DNA from: the human T2T-CHM13v2.0 reference genome, Homo sapiens
Reading direction: 5' to 3' (one strand)
Length of the DNA stretch: 64,000 nt
Assembly (NCBI RefSeq): GCF_009914755.1
Contig: NC_060929.1
A program made the position numbers and the translations under genes. Under the pieces are notes generated by a model that had not been told where the DNA came from, did not search any database, and was given only the letters and a program-made list of their open reading frames with translations. Shown here one piece after another: positions 1 through 14,577 of the stretch. Position 1 is the stretch's first letter. Every line of letters starts with the position of its first letter.

Positions 1-1516
1 GTTTTGGCCATTCTAAATTGGCATGTAGTGACATCTTGTTTTAATTTGCATTTCCCTGATGATATATGGTGTGGACCATCTTTCATATGCTTATTTTCCA
101 TCTGTATATCTTCTCTAGTGAGATGTCTGTTAAGATCTTGGGCCCATTTTTTAATCAAGTGGTTTGTTTTCTTGTTATTGAGTTTCAAGAGTTATTTGTA
201 TATGTTGGATATGAGTCCTTTATCAGATATATCTTTTTCAAATATTTCTCCCAGTCAGTGGCTTGTCTTTTCATTCTCTTGACAGTGTCTTTTACAGAGC
301 AAAAAATTTTAATTTTAATAAAGTCCTGCTTATTGATACCTTTTTTTTCATGAATTGTGCCTTTGGTGTTGTATCTAAAAAGTCATTATTGAACCCACAT
401 AATCTAGAATTTCTCTTATGTTATCTTCTAGAGTTTTACATTTTACATTTAGGTACATTTTACTTTTGTGATTAACTTTCAGTTAATTTTTGTGACAAGT
501 GTAAGGTTTATCTCTATATTTTTTTTACATGTTTAGATGTCCAGTTGTTCCAGCACCATTTGTTGAAAAGACTTTTTCTCTATTGTATTGCCTTTGTTCT
601 TTTGTCAAATATTAGTTGACTATATTTATGTGGGGCTGTTTCTGGGCTTTCTTTTATATTCCATTGATCTATTTGTCTATTATTTCACCAATACCACACT
701 GTCTTGATTACTGCAGCCTTATAGTAAGTCTTGAAGTCAGGCAATATTCATCCTCTAACTTTGTTTTTCTTCTTCAATCTTGTGTTGGCTATTCTTTGTC
801 TTTTACCTCTCCATATAAACTTTAGAATCAGTTTTTTAATATATACAAAATAACTTGTTGGTATTTTGATTGAGATTGCATTGATCCATAGATCAAGTTG
901 GGAGAACTGACATCTTGACAACATTGAATCTTCCTTTCCATGAACATGGGATAGCTCTCCATTTAGTTAGCTCTTTTCTTTCTTTCATCAGCATTTTCTA
1001 GTTTTCTTCATATAGATCTTATACACATTTTGTTGGATTTATACCCAAGTATTTCATTTTTGGGGATGCTAATGTAAATAGTATTGTGTTTTAAATTCAA
1101 ATTCCACTTGTTCATTGCTGGTATATATGAAAGTGATTTACTTTTGTATTTTAACCTTGTATCCTGAAATCTTGCTGTAATCAGTAATTAGTTCCAAGAG
1201 TTTTTTTGTTGCTTCTTCAAATTTTCTACATAGACAGTCATGTCTTCTGTGAACAAAAATAATTTTATTTCTTCCCTCTCAATCAGTATACCTTTTATTC
1301 CTTTTTCTGTCTGATTGGATTAGCCAGGACTTCCAGTACAATGTTGAAAAGGAGTGATGAGAGGGGACATCCTTGCCTTGTTTTTTAATCTTAGTGGGAA
1401 AGCTTCCAGTATCTCAACATTAAGTATGATGTTAGTAGTAGATTTTCTGTAGCTATTTTTTTTTTTAAATCAAATTGAGGAAGTTCCCCTCTATCCTAGT
1501 TTGCTGAGAGCTTTTT

Positions 1517-1825
<309 letters not shown>

Positions 1826-1911
1826 GCTGAGAGCTTTTATCATGAGAGAGTATTGGTTTTGGTCGAATGCTTTTTCTCCATTTATTTATTTTTACTTGTT
1901 TTCTATTTAAA

Positions 1912-2009
1912 AAAAATTTTTTTATGGAGATAGGGTCTTGCCATGTTACTCAGGCTGGTTTCAAACTCCTGGCCTCAAGTGATCCTCCACCTTGGCCTCC
2001 CAAAGTGCT
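1912..2009 (-). mobile_element. FLAM/Alu left-monomer fragment
   Basis: gagatagggtcttgccatgttactcaggctggtttcaaactcctggcctcaagtgatcctcc...cccaaagtgct. Confidence 0.8.
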
Positions 2010-2073
2010 TTTCTTTATTTTTTTATATGAGCATTTGTTTTTTATTATTTAGCCTGCTGATGTGATTGATAAC

Positions 2074-2192
2074 ATTGATTGATTTTTGTGGTATCCTTGC
2101 ATATTTAGGATAAATCCCACTTGGTTCATTTTTGTGCTATTGATTGATTTTTGTGCTATCCTTGCATACTTAGGATAAATCCCACTCAGTTC
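2074..2192. repeat. Local tandem duplication (about 54 bp, period 65) inside L1
   Basis: attgattgatttttgtg(g/c)tatccttgcata(t/c)ttaggataaatcccact occurs at 2074 and 2139. Confidence 0.85.
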
Positions 2193-4335
2193 TGGTGTAT
2201 AATCCTCTTTGCATATTGTGGGATTCAAGTTGCTAATATTTTGTGGAGAATTTTGCATCTGTGCTTATGGGAAATGTTGGTTTTCAGTTTTCTCTTCTCG
2301 TAATGTCTTTGATTTTGGCATTAGGGTGATACTGGCTTGACAGAATGAGTTAAGAAGTATTTCCTCTGCTTATACCTTCTTAGAAGTACTTCCTCTGCTT
2401 CTATCTTCTTAAAGAGATTGTAGAGAATTGGTATAATTTTTCCTTAAATATTTGGTAGCATTCACCAGTGACCCCATGTAGGCCTGTTGCTTCCTGTTTT
2501 GGAAAGTCATTATTAATTCAACTTCTTTAATAGGATGATCTTTTCAGACTGTCCCTTTCTTCTTGTACGAGTTTTGGCAGATTGTGTCTTTCAAGGAATT
2601 GGTTCATTTAATCAAGATTATCAAATTTGTGAGCAGGGTGTTGTTCATAGAATTCCTTTATTATCCTCTTAATATCCATAATGTCTGTAGTAATGTTGCC
2701 TCTTTCACTTCTAATGTTAATAATTTGTATCCTCTTTTGAATTTGAATTTGCTAGAGGGTTATCAATTTTATTTATCTTTTCAAAAAATCAGCTTTTGGT
2801 TTCATTTATTTTTCTTTATTAATTTTTTGTTTTTAATATGCCCTCATTTTCATTATTTCTTTTTTCCTGCTTACTTTGGATTTAACTTGCTCTACTTTTT
2901 CTAGTTTCTTAAGGTGGAAGCTTAGGTTGTTAATTTAAATCAGAAAGATTTCCTTTCTAATGTATACCTTCAATGCTATAAATTTCCCTCTAATCACAGC
3001 TTTTGCTGTATTCCACAAATTTTGATAAACTGTGTTTTTATTTGTATTTACTTCAAAATATTAAACAATTTTTTGGGGGATTTTTTCTCTGACCTATGTT
3101 TGTTTAGAAGTATGTTGTTTAATCTCCATGGGTTTTAGGATTTTCCTGTTATCACTTTGTTACTTATTTCTAGTTCAATTTCATTGTGGTCTGAGAGCAA
3201 ATGTTGTCTGATTTCTCTTCTTTTAAATTTGTTATGTTGTGTTTTACGGCCCATAATGTTATCTATCTTGATGAATGTTCCATGTGAGCTTAAGAAGAAT
3301 GTGTATTCTGCTGTTGTTGGATAAATTAGTTTATAGATGCCCATTATTCTAGTTGATTCATGATGTTGTTGAATTTGACTATGTCCTCACTAACTAATTT
3401 TCTGCCTGCTGGATCTGTCCATTTCTGATAGAGGAGTGCAAAAGTCTATAATACTGGGTTCATCTATTTTTCCTTACAATTCTGCAAGTTATTGCCATAC
3501 ATAGTTTGGTGCTTGTTGTTAGGCACATACACATTAGGGACTGTTATGTCTTCTTGGAGAATTGAGCTATTTATTATTAGGTAATGCTCCTTTTTAGCCC
3601 TGATGACTTCCTTGCTCTCCTCTGTCTGTAATTACTGTAGCTACTTCCACTTCCTTTTGATTAGTGTTAGCATGATGTATCTTTCTCTATCCCTTTACTT
3701 TTTCTTGTTCTTTTTTTTTACAATAGTCATTCTGTACAAGAACATCAATGTATCCCTTTACTTTTAATCTATATGCATATTTACATTTAAAGGAATTTCT
3801 TATAAATAACATATGGGTTGATCTTCTTTTTTGATCCATATTGACAATCTCTGTCTTTTAATTGGTGAATTTAGACTATTGATATTTAAAGTGATTATAG
3901 ATCTAGTTGGGTTAAAATCTCCCATATTTGTTTCTGTTTTCTATTTGTTGTCCTTTTCTTTGTTCCTAGTTTTGTCTTTCACTCTTTTCCTGCCTTTTGT
4001 GGTTTTACTTGAGCATCTTATATGATTTCATGTTTCCCCATTTCTGAGCATTTTGGTTATTCTGCTTCTTTTCTTTTATCTTTATACTTTTTTCAGTATT
4101 TGCCGTAGAGTTTGAAATATACATTTACAATGAATCCAAGCCCACTTTCAAAGAACACAATACTGCTTCATGGATAGTGTAAATACCTTGGTCATGTTCT
4201 TTTAAATCAGAGTTCCCATATAAAGATGCTTCAAGAGAGAAAAGATTTATGACGGTAGACTTTTGTTTGCTATACCCTTTAGAAAAAAACATGTTTCTAA
4301 AGGATAATAAACCTACTTGTTCTTTCTGGTGGCCG

Positions 4336-4785
4336 GTGACTGCTTGAATAGTGTTTCCTTAGAATTCATGGCCACTGAGAATCACAGTATGTGGCCATAT
4401 TTGGAAATAAGATCTTTGCAGATGTAATTGGTTAAGATGAATTTGTACTGGATTAAGGTGCGCCCTAATCCAATGACTGGTGCCCTTATAAGAAGGCCAA
4501 GTGATCACACAGACACACACAGAAGGAAGAAGTCCGTGTGATAGTGGAGGCAGAGACTGGAGTGATGCAGCTACAAGCCAAGGAACACCAATGATTGCCA
4601 GGAGTCTCCAGAAGCTAGGAAAAGGCAAGAAAGAATCCTACCCTAGAATTTCCGGAGGGAGCATGGCTCTGCTGATACCTTGATTTTGGACTTCCAGTTT
4701 CTAGACCTGTAAGAGAGTAACTTCCTGTTCTTTAAGCCACCCAGTTTGTGGTAATTTGTTATGGCAGCCCTAGGAAATGGATACA
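4336..4785 (+). mobile_element. ERVL-MaLR solo LTR (MLT1B/MLT1C-like)
   Basis: tatttggaaataagatctttgcagatgtaatt...ccctaatccaatgactggtg...tttaagccacccagtttgtggtaatttgttatggcagccctaggaaa...ataca. Confidence 0.85.
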
Positions 4786-5559
4786 GTAGTGATGGGGGAG
4801 TTTCCTTCACTCTGATTGCTGTCATGTGATTGGCATTCCACTGTAACACACCTGGCCACTCACTCACTCACTCAGGGGAGGAAGAATGACTTAAATCTGC
4901 TTGTTGACCTGGGAAGGATAAACTGGACACTTGTATATCAGCCTTTTCCCTTCTTTTTTTCTCTTGGGTGTGAACTCACCCCAGAGAGCATGCAGTCTAT
5001 GTGGGGAGGCCTGCAGAGGATCAGTATTACGAGGCCCCAGGATTGCAATATAAGCAACATCTTCCAATATCGGCCTTAGCAGTGATAAGTTTACATTTTA
5101 ATTGCCCCAGTGTATTTTTTAATCTTATTTCTCAATTTGTTAAGTACTCAGCATGTATATGGATGGATTGAGGTGGGGAAAGGAAAGCCCCTTTAGACTG
5201 GCAATAACCCTCCAAGTTCCTTCTGTTCTCAGTAAAGATTTGTTTAGTTTCCCTTGAGAGGAACATTGTATGGAGAAAGGACACCCTGAGGGATGAATTA
5301 GTCCTCCTGTCTGCCTAGCCAGGATCATAATACCTCAGTCATACCCCACACACAAGAGAACACATTCAGTTTTCATATCTTCCAGGAGAATGACTTCAAC
5401 ACCTTCTGAAAGACCCCTGGAGTATTGAATACACTTTTTGTTACTTATCTTCCTTAAACGGCTGAGTTGATGAAAAAAAAAAAAAAAGGTCTGGGATAGG
5501 TTAAGATTTTAAAAAACTTTTATCTTTAAATTTCATTTATTATTATTATGTCTCAGTTT

Positions 5560-5715
5560 TACATTTTTATTTTGAAATAATTATAGTTTCACAGAAAATT
5601 ACCAAAAATATATGGGGAAGTCCTGTGTATCCTTCACCCAGTTTCCTCTAATGGTAACATTTTGCGTGACTATAGAACATTATCAAAACCCAGACATTGG
5701 CATTGGTACAATTGG
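5560..5715 (-). mobile_element. Old L1 (L1MC/MD-type) 3' end fragment
   Basis: ttttattttgaaataattatag...tatccttcacccagtttcctctaatggtaacattttgc...cattggtacaat. Confidence 0.65.
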
Positions 5716-5946
5716 CAGAGTTTATTTAGCTTTCAAGGGTCAGTCTCTTCCCTCATTTGCCCCCGTCAGGAGGATCTTACTCTCCCAGACTTGTTCTCAG
5801 CCTTTCTGGGGACAAATGAAGGAAGCAACTGGGGAGAAGAAACTAACCAGAGGTTTGGAGATGTTTCTCAGGTTATTTTGAGAACAGCCGATCCGGTAGG
5901 TGAGAGAAGTGGGTAAGAAAATAAATGGAAAGATTTTAAGTATTGC

Positions 5947-7000
5947 TGTTGAGTGTGAGTAAACTCTGTTTTTCCTTTTCTCTCACACCCCAACAATTAA
6001 CACAGAAGACTTCTGTGACCAAATGTGGTGGTGGGGGTTCCCTTATACACCAAGCAAGCAATCGCTTCTGCAGCAGGCACCAGCTGGGCGTCCTCCAATT
6101 CAAATCTGACACTGTCTACTGGGAGATACCATCAGATCCCACAGGTTGAGGGCTCAGTCCCACAAGACCACTCTTTCCTTCTTACCAGTCGTAAGTCCAG
6201 GCCTTCTGAACTTCTGACTGACTGGCTTCAAGTTGGGGTTTCCATGACCTCCTCTTTGAGTTTAATTAATTTGCTGGAGTGACTTACAGAAGTCAGGGAA
6301 ACACTTATGCTTACCAGTTTATTATGACGGATATCTGAAAGGATGCAAATAAATAGCCACATGAAAACATGCATAGGGTGAGGTCTGGAATGGTCCTGAG
6401 TGCAGGAGCTGCTGTCCTTGTGGAGTTGGGATACGTGCCCCTGCTCTAGCAGGTGGGTGAGTTCTTCGCCTTCCTGCCAGCCTCCATGTGTTCAGCGCCC
6501 CGGAAGCCCTCGAACCCTGTCCTTTGGGCCTCTTTTGGAGGCTGCATTGATTGTCCATAATTGAAGCAGAGACAACTGTGTCAAAATGTGATTGGATAAG
6601 AAGAGTATGCTCTAAACCCAGCAAGGCCTGTCTGTTCAGATTCTTTTTGGCCTCTCTGTGCAGCATTCCTTCCTCCTGGGAATGGGGCAGGACCTCTTCT
6701 GAAATGGGGTCTTATGACCTGCAATCAGACAAGGTAGGTCAGGGAATTTCTTTTTGGCCAGTGCAAGACAGAAAGGTAGGGAACAATTAGAGTATATTTT
6801 TAGTTCCTAAGGCCTGCCTTGGGAAAAAAAGGGAGCAGGTGAAAGGAGGGCAGGAGATGGTCAGAGAGAGATTGTATTTTCTCAGGCCTGCTTCTGGGAT
6901 CTAAAGTGCTCCAACATTACAACAAAACACTGTCACAAGCGCTATGGGAGTTACGAGCCAGAAACCTTGGATGAAAACATATATATAAAATAGTATCACA
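5947..7000 (-). mobile_element. ERV solo LTR, MER21A-like
   Basis: TG...CA termini. Reverse complement starts tgtgatact...ggtttctggctcgtaactcccatagc. Contains caccagctgggcgtcctccaattcaa...tcagatcccacaggttgagggctcagtcccacaagacc, typical of MER21. Confidence 0.75.
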
Positions 7001-7085
7001 GCTGTAGTCTCTGGGTGCGCCCCTCCCCAACCCATAGTGTTAGAGAATTTCAAGTAATGACTTTTATTTTGCAACCTCTTTCAGG

Positions 7086-7480
7086 TGTTATAATATTGTT
7101 TTCTAAATGCTGTCTTGACCCAGTTTTGAGGCCCTGTCTAGAGGCCAGTTTCCCTGCCTAGACAGGCGACTGGCCCACGCTTCGACTACCTCCGCTGGCT
7201 ACTGTCCACCCACACCGATCACCCCAGGACCAGTATCACACAAGCAGGGACAGCCCCTGTGCCCCAGAGCCCACTGAAATTATTCCAATTAGTCCATCCT
7301 ATGCCTTTTGACCCTGCCTCGCAAATTCCTTCCCTGTAAGCCACAAAAAAGGCGTTCATCCACAGATCCCCCTCCCTCTGCCTCCTGAGGGGGTCCTGGT
7401 TTCTTGTGTGACCTCTATCTTTTCAGTGATGTCGTTTCTTGGCCTTATCACACTTAAATAATTAGAAACCTATTAAAACA
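7086..7480 (+). mobile_element. ERVL LTR, MER74-like
   Basis: atcaccccaggaccagta...agggacagcccctgtgccccagagcccactgaaattattc...ccctctgcctcctga, ends ttaaaaca. Confidence 0.65.
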
Positions 7481-8091
7481 GGTGGGTGGACCCTTTCACT
7501 GCACCACTTCTTTGGAAAAATAACTTTATTTGTTTCAGATCAAGTATGGCAAAAAAGAAAAGAAAGGATCACTCTGTGGGCAGCCTGTGGCTTTGTTCTC
7601 CCGTGCTGTTCTGTAGGTTTATAGTGGGTAGGGAGGATGTGTGGGTGTGGCAATGTGTATGTGTGTGTGTATATAATGTTTGCACTATTTTTTTCATGTA
7701 ACTTAGCTTTAATGGAACTTATATATGAATAATATACTATTGCAATGTATCCATACTGACAATTTTAACTACTTTATAATATTGTATTTTATGAATGTAC
7801 CATCACTTACTTAACCGTTGCTCTGTTTTTGTCACTTTGAGGGTGCTTATTTATTTATTTTTTTCAATAGTTTTCTACCTACAATACCACATAATGAGGC
7901 AGATGTGCTTCATTTGGAGTTTGCGTTGGGGAAGGTCTAGCCTGGCAGTTTGATCAGAGGTCAAGTTTCAGAAGTTCAGAGTTTTATTTTATTTTATTTT
8001 AACCACTAAAATGACTTGCTCATGAGCATCTTTGTACAAAACTTCTGTGTGCTCTTGGGATTATTTTCTTGGAATATTTGACTTAAAATTA

Positions 8092-8435
8092 TAATAGTCT
8101 CCCCTTATTGGAGGTTTTCATTTTGAAGTGTTAATTGTCCTCAGTCAACTGCAGTCTGACAGTAGGTGAGTATAGCACATAAGATATTTTGAGAGAGAGA
8201 AAGAGAGAGAGAAAGAGAGATGACATTCACATAACTTTTATTATAGTATATTGTTATAATTGTTTTATTTTATTATTAGTTATTTCTTACTGTGTCTAAT
8301 TTATAAATTAGACTTTATCATGGGTATGTATATATATGAAGAAACATAGTCTATATAAGGTTTAGTACTGCCTGTGGTTTCAGGAATCCACTGGGGGTCT
8401 TGAGGTGTTTCCCCTGCAGATAAGCAGGGACTACT
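8092..8435 (+). mobile_element. MER44A-like TcMar-Tigger non-autonomous DNA transposon
   Basis: Terminal inverted repeats (TIRs) tagtctccccttat ... ataagcagggactact. Internal taggtgagtatagcac...aagatattttgagagagag...acattcacataacttttatta. Confidence 0.8.
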
Positions 8436-8782
8436 TCCATATTAAGTTAAAAGGCATTTGTATTTTTTCTCTTTTTATGTATGTTGCCCAAATCTACAGC
8501 TAACTTTTGCATACTTTGTCAACAGAAAATGTTTATACTACATTCCATAATATTTAAAAATTAAGGAAGAATTATAGAGGTAGAATTTTAAAAATTAAAA
8601 ACAAAACCTCTCCATGGACCCCATAAATACATAGACCTACGATGTACCCATAAAAATGAAAAAGTTTTAAAAAAACAAACAAAACCTCATGCACATCTTA
8701 TGTTGTGGAATGAAATTTGGAAAGTATATCTAGAAAATAAGATTCCTGCTCAAGACCTACTGATCAAAATCTCTGGGAATGA

Positions 8783-9168
<386 letters not shown>

Positions 9169-10280
9169 TAAGGAATGGAGGCTCAGAGAGATTGAATGTC
9201 TTGCTCAGGGACACAAGTCCTGGTTTACAATGCAGATGGTTTTGAGCATACTATGAAAATGCCAAGCCAGAAGTCATTTAAGAGTCATTAATTCCTGCAG
9301 ACTCCTGCTCATGACAGCCATCTCCTGATCTAACCTGCTATAGTTATGGGTCGAGGGTTAGTTCCATTATAATCTCTTTTTAACGTGGCATTGTCATTCA
9401 ACTTATTTTTGCTTCACTCAGTAGAGAAAGCCTATTTATTAAGCCATTAGTCAATTTGCTCTTTTTAAAGACAGCTCATGTCCTTCGTTCTTTTCTAGCG
9501 CCTGTGAAGTCTCTATTTTCCCATTAGGAAATGTATTGTCACGACTTGGCATTTAGTTTATAATGTGGAGGAAATTAAAAAGCAGTTGGTGATGTGAGAC
9601 AGAGACCTCCAGGCCTCAGAGTGAAGGTTACATGGAATCCTCTGAGGGATGGGTCTTGTCACCCCAGCCGTCTTGTGACTGTGGGAGAAGACCTAAATTA
9701 GCAAGCGTGTTTGAAGGCACGAATTTCCAACTCCGTTTCTGAAGTTCCACCCTGAGCCCTAATCAGGTGCATTTTCTGGGAAATTGATGCTGAAGAGAAC
9801 GTGCTTTTTTGGTGTTAATTCACAGAAATGTCAAGTTTTCCGAGAACTTATAGTAGTAGAAAATCTAGGACATAACCTCTACTACGATGACATTTTTAAA
9901 AAAAATACGCATCCATCTATATCCTCCGTTGACATTTCATTTTTTTTCTGATGAGAGAAATGCTGCCAAACATGGATGGTGATGAAACCTCTAAGAACAC
10001 AAAGGATTTATGACCAGGGCACAGATGAGCTAGCTTCTCCACCTCAGGCCTGCCCTTTGTCAGCTTTGTGATCCAAATCAGATGAAGCAGAAGAAACTGG
10101 AGTGCATCATTTGACATGGAACTGACTCCCAAATCTTTTCTCTTACTTCCACTTACAGGTCTTTTTGGCAGTTAACCGTCTTGCTCCTTTTCCTCTTACA
10201 TCTGAGATTCTACCATATTATGGAAGTAAAAGAATAAATGAATACAAGTTCCATGAATCTACTCATACAACTAAAGTTCC

Positions 10281-12324
10281 TTTCTTTTATTTTTTTAATG
10301 GACATATAATAATTGTACATATTCATGGGGTACATAGTGATTTTTTGATACATGTAATGTATAGTGATCAGATCAGAGTAATTAGCATATCCATCATCTC
10401 CAACATTTATCATTTCTTTGTTTTGGGAATGCTCAATATCCTCCTTCTAGCTATTTGAAACTATATAGTATTTTATTGTTAACTGTAGTCATTCAACTGT
10501 GGTATAGAACACTAGAATCTATTCCTGTTATCTAGCTATTATTTTGTGTCCTTTAACAAATCTCTTCTCATCCTTCCCTTCCCCCTACCCTTCCTAACCT
10601 CTAGGATTCTCTGTTCTACTTTTCACTTCTTTGAGATAATTTTTTTTTTTAGCTCCCACATACAGGTGAGAACATGTGATGTTCAACTTTCTGTTCCTGG
10701 ATGATTTCACTTAATATAATGTCCCCCAGTTCCATCCATGTTGCTGTGAATGACAGGATTTCATTATTTTTCATGACTGAATAGTATTCCATTGTATATA
10801 TACACCACATTTTAAAATCTATTCATCTGTTGTTATATGCATAGGTTGATTACATATTTTGGCTATAGTGCTGCAATAAATATAGGCTCAGATGTCTCTT
10901 TGATACACTGATCTTCTTTCCTTTGGATAAATGCCCAGTAATGGGATTGCTGGATCATGTGGTAGTCCTATTTTTATTTTTATTTTTTTGAGGAACCTCC
11001 ATACTGGCTTTACTAGTTTACACTCCCACCAACAGTGTATGAGTTCCCTCTTCTCTGCGTCCTCACCAGCATTTATTTTTTCTCTTTTTGATAACAGCCA
11101 TTGTAACTGGGGTGGGATGGTACCTCATTATAGTTTTGATTTTCATTTATCTCTGATAATTGGTGATACTGAGCATTTTTCCATATATTTTTGACCATTG
11201 TTATATATTTGAGAAATGTCTGTCCAGATCATTTGCCCATATTTTAACTGGATTGTTTATTTTTGCTGTTGAGATGGTTGAGTTCCTTGTATATTCTGGA
11301 TAGGGATCCCCTGTTAGGTGAATAGTTTGCAAATGCTTTCTTCCATCCTGTAGGTTGCATTTTATTCTGTTGATTGTTTCTTTTTTTGTTATGCAGAAGC
11401 TTTTTAGTTTGATATACTTCCTTTTGTTTATTTTTGCTTTTGTTGCCTGTGCCTTTGAGGTCTTAGACTTTAAATCTTTTTTCACACCAATGTCCTAAAG
11501 TGTTTCCCCTATGTTTCCTTCTAGTAGTTTTTATTTTTTTATTTTTTTAATACGGAGTTTCACTTTTGTTGCCCAGGCTGGAGTGCATTGGTATGATCTT
11601 GGATCACTGAAACCTCTGCCTCCTGAGTTCAAGCGATTCTCCTGCCTCAGCCTCCCAAGTAGCTGGGATTACAGGCATGCACCACCACGCCCTGCTAATT
11701 TTTGCAGTTTTAGTAGAGATGAGGTTTCACCGTGTTGGTCAGGCTGGTCTCAAACTCCTGACCTCAAATGATCCACCCACCTCGGCCTCCTAAAGTGCTG
11801 GGATTACAGGCGTGAGCCACTGCTCCCGGCCCTTCTAGTGGTTTTAAAGTTTCAGGTCTTACACTTATGTCTTTGTTTGACTTTGATTTGATTTTTATAC
11901 AGAGTGAGAGGTGTGGGTCTAGTTTCATTCTTCTGCATATGGATATTCAGTTTTTCTAGCATTATCTATAGCATTATCTATTGAAGAGACTGTCCACTCC
12001 CCAATAAGTGTTCTTAGCACCTTTAGAAAAGTCACTTGGCTGTAAATATGTGATTAATTTCTGGGTTCTCCACTCTGTTTCATTGGTCTATGTTCTGTTT
12101 CTATGCCAGTACCATGCTGTTTTTGTTACTCCAGCTTTGTAGTATATTTTGGAGTCAAGTAGTGTGATGCTTCCAGCTTTGTTCTTTTGCTTAGGATTGC
12201 TTTGGATATTTGGGGTCTTTTGTTGGTTCCATACAAGTTAAAACTTTTACAAAAATTTCTGTGAAGAATGTCATTGATATTTTAATAGGGATTGTATTGA
12301 ATCTGTAGATTCCCTTGGGTAGTA
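10281..12324 (-). mobile_element. 5'-truncated L1MA-class element (3'UTR and ORF2 C-terminus), about 1.7 kb plus nested Alu
   Basis: L1MA 3' end (aattgtacatattcatggggtacatagtga). Minus ORF 11201-11485 SKTSKAQATKAKINKRKYIKLKSFC is the ORF2 C-terminal region. TSD-like caactaaagttcctt at 10268 and caattaaggttttt at 12326. Confidence 0.9.
11532..11831 (-). mobile_element. AluS element nested in L1MA
   Basis: Full dimer. TSD cttctagt(a/g)gtttt at 11518 and 11832. Confidence 0.95.
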
Positions 12325-12334
12325 ACAATTAAGG

Positions 12335-12675
<341 letters not shown>

Positions 12676-14149
12676 TAGATTTTGCAATGGTTATCATGAA
12701 AAGAATGGTTGCTGCTTTGAATAGAGTTGAAATGTCAATGGATAAAATTTTAATCTCTGCCTGCAAACATACAAATAAGAAACAGGCATTTGTATTTACA
12801 TCTCTTGGAAAGTTTTAATTTGTTTTTTGGATACATGAACTATACAAATCATGCATGAGCTCTTCTAAATTCTAAGGGGAAAGATAAACAAAATGATGGT
12901 AAATAAATGTTTCATTACTATTTATTATTTCAGCTATATATTTGTTTGGGCCAAATTAATGATTCTACCAGTTTTACTATTTTTTTCTAATCTGTATACT
13001 CATCCATTGGAATCACTTATGTGACTATTTCCACTATGTGTGTACCTTACAGTAGAGTCTTACAGTAGAGGACTCAATCTTAAATTATAATATGGTTCTA
13101 GTGGGAACATGTAAGCTGCTTTGCAAAGATGCCCTTTGAAATGATCTACCTTATACTACTTGCCTTTATAATGATCTGCTTTGCTATGCTCTTTTAAGGC
13201 ATTACACTAGAGAGCAGAACAGTAAAAAGATCATACGCTTTCAAAACTTCCACCTGTCATTCATTGCAAGTCCTTGTCTTTGGCATTTTCATCTTTCCAC
13301 ATCAGTTGCTACAATTTCTTTCAGGGTATAATTACATCCACGTTATTTCACTTCCATTTTCTTTAGTCAGTTTAGGGGAAGAAATCCTTAGCAAAATAAC
13401 ATTTAAAACAACTGAGAGTTTTCAATTTTGAAGAAAGACATTATGAAACTGCATAGTAAGGGAATATAATCTTTTCAATTTAATTTAGTCCATATGTTTT
13501 GACAAAAGATAAAAAGAATTTCATATCATAAAAGAAAATAAATGTAACTCTGAGAGTAGTGTATTTCCCCCCCAAACAGTTTGTTCACTATTTTTAGAAT
13601 GTATTTGATCTTTGATATTTTTCCAAAATCAGAGCCAAAGTGAATATTGTCAAAGACCATCCGGTTAAATGCATACATGGCTTCCTGTAGGCCTTCAATT
13701 TAGTGCGACAAGCATTTGTTAATCATGTCTGCATGCAGGACAATGAAGCAGATGACAATCAGTGCTTTGATTCTTTCTGAGGGAAAAGGACACTACAAGG
13801 ATATATGCAATAATAGAGCAATACGGAATTTAATTCTAGGACCAATAGCAAATACTATTCATTACAATGTGGGAAACACTGAGCTAATTACTGTAGCTAC
13901 AAGGGAGAATAAAAAGACATTGTTTTTGCCCTCAAGGAGTTTACAGTCTAGTGGTGGAGAAAAGAGAAAGAGAACGACAGCGAGAGTAAGAGAGAGAGAG
14001 AAAAAATTAATTACAGAAATCAATATAATTGCAAACTCTGATGGGTGCTATAAATCCATAGTCAGGGTGCCATGTTATACAGGGCAACCTAGTCTGTGGA
14101 TCCCATCACCAAACAAGTGACAGTTAAGCTGAGATGATGCCCCTGTCCT

Positions 14150-14577
14150 AGCTCACACAGATGATAATATTTGAAGAGAGTTTAATTCAGGCACCCTTTA
14201 CAGAGATGAGGTGGGAGGAGGAGAGTCATGTGGGATAGTGAAGCACCTAAAGATAGTAACACTGGGATCATCACATTCCTTGGGCTGAAAGGATGAGGGA
14301 GCCACTTCAGAACCCAGAAGGAGAGAGCCATATGGAGAGGAGCTGGAATCTTTGGTTGAAGGACCAGAAATCCTGAAGTGGCCTAGCAGGGAAAGGAGCT
14401 GAGGAAATAAATACCTCTGTCCCCCGCTAGCTCCTGCTGGGCTTCCTATTGGCTGAACCTAATGGGAAGCCAGTGGGCAAGGGAGACAGGCCCCACCAGG
14501 TTTGCTTCTTGGGGCAGAGAGTAGAATGGGGAAGGGTGGCGAGCAGATCTGGGGAGGAAATAGGAACTATCCAACAG
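14150..14577 (-). mobile_element. ERVL LTR, LTR33-like, embedded among L2 fragments
   Basis: ctcctgctgggcttcctattggctgaacctaatgggaagccagtgggcaagggag...gggtggcgagcagatctgggg...tatccaaca. Confidence 0.6.

Noticed and set aside
12700-13640. Possible DNA-transposase remnant (also 15300-15930, 44200-44810)
   Set aside because: Could not identify terminal repeats or catalytic motifs by eye. Needs a Dfam search.
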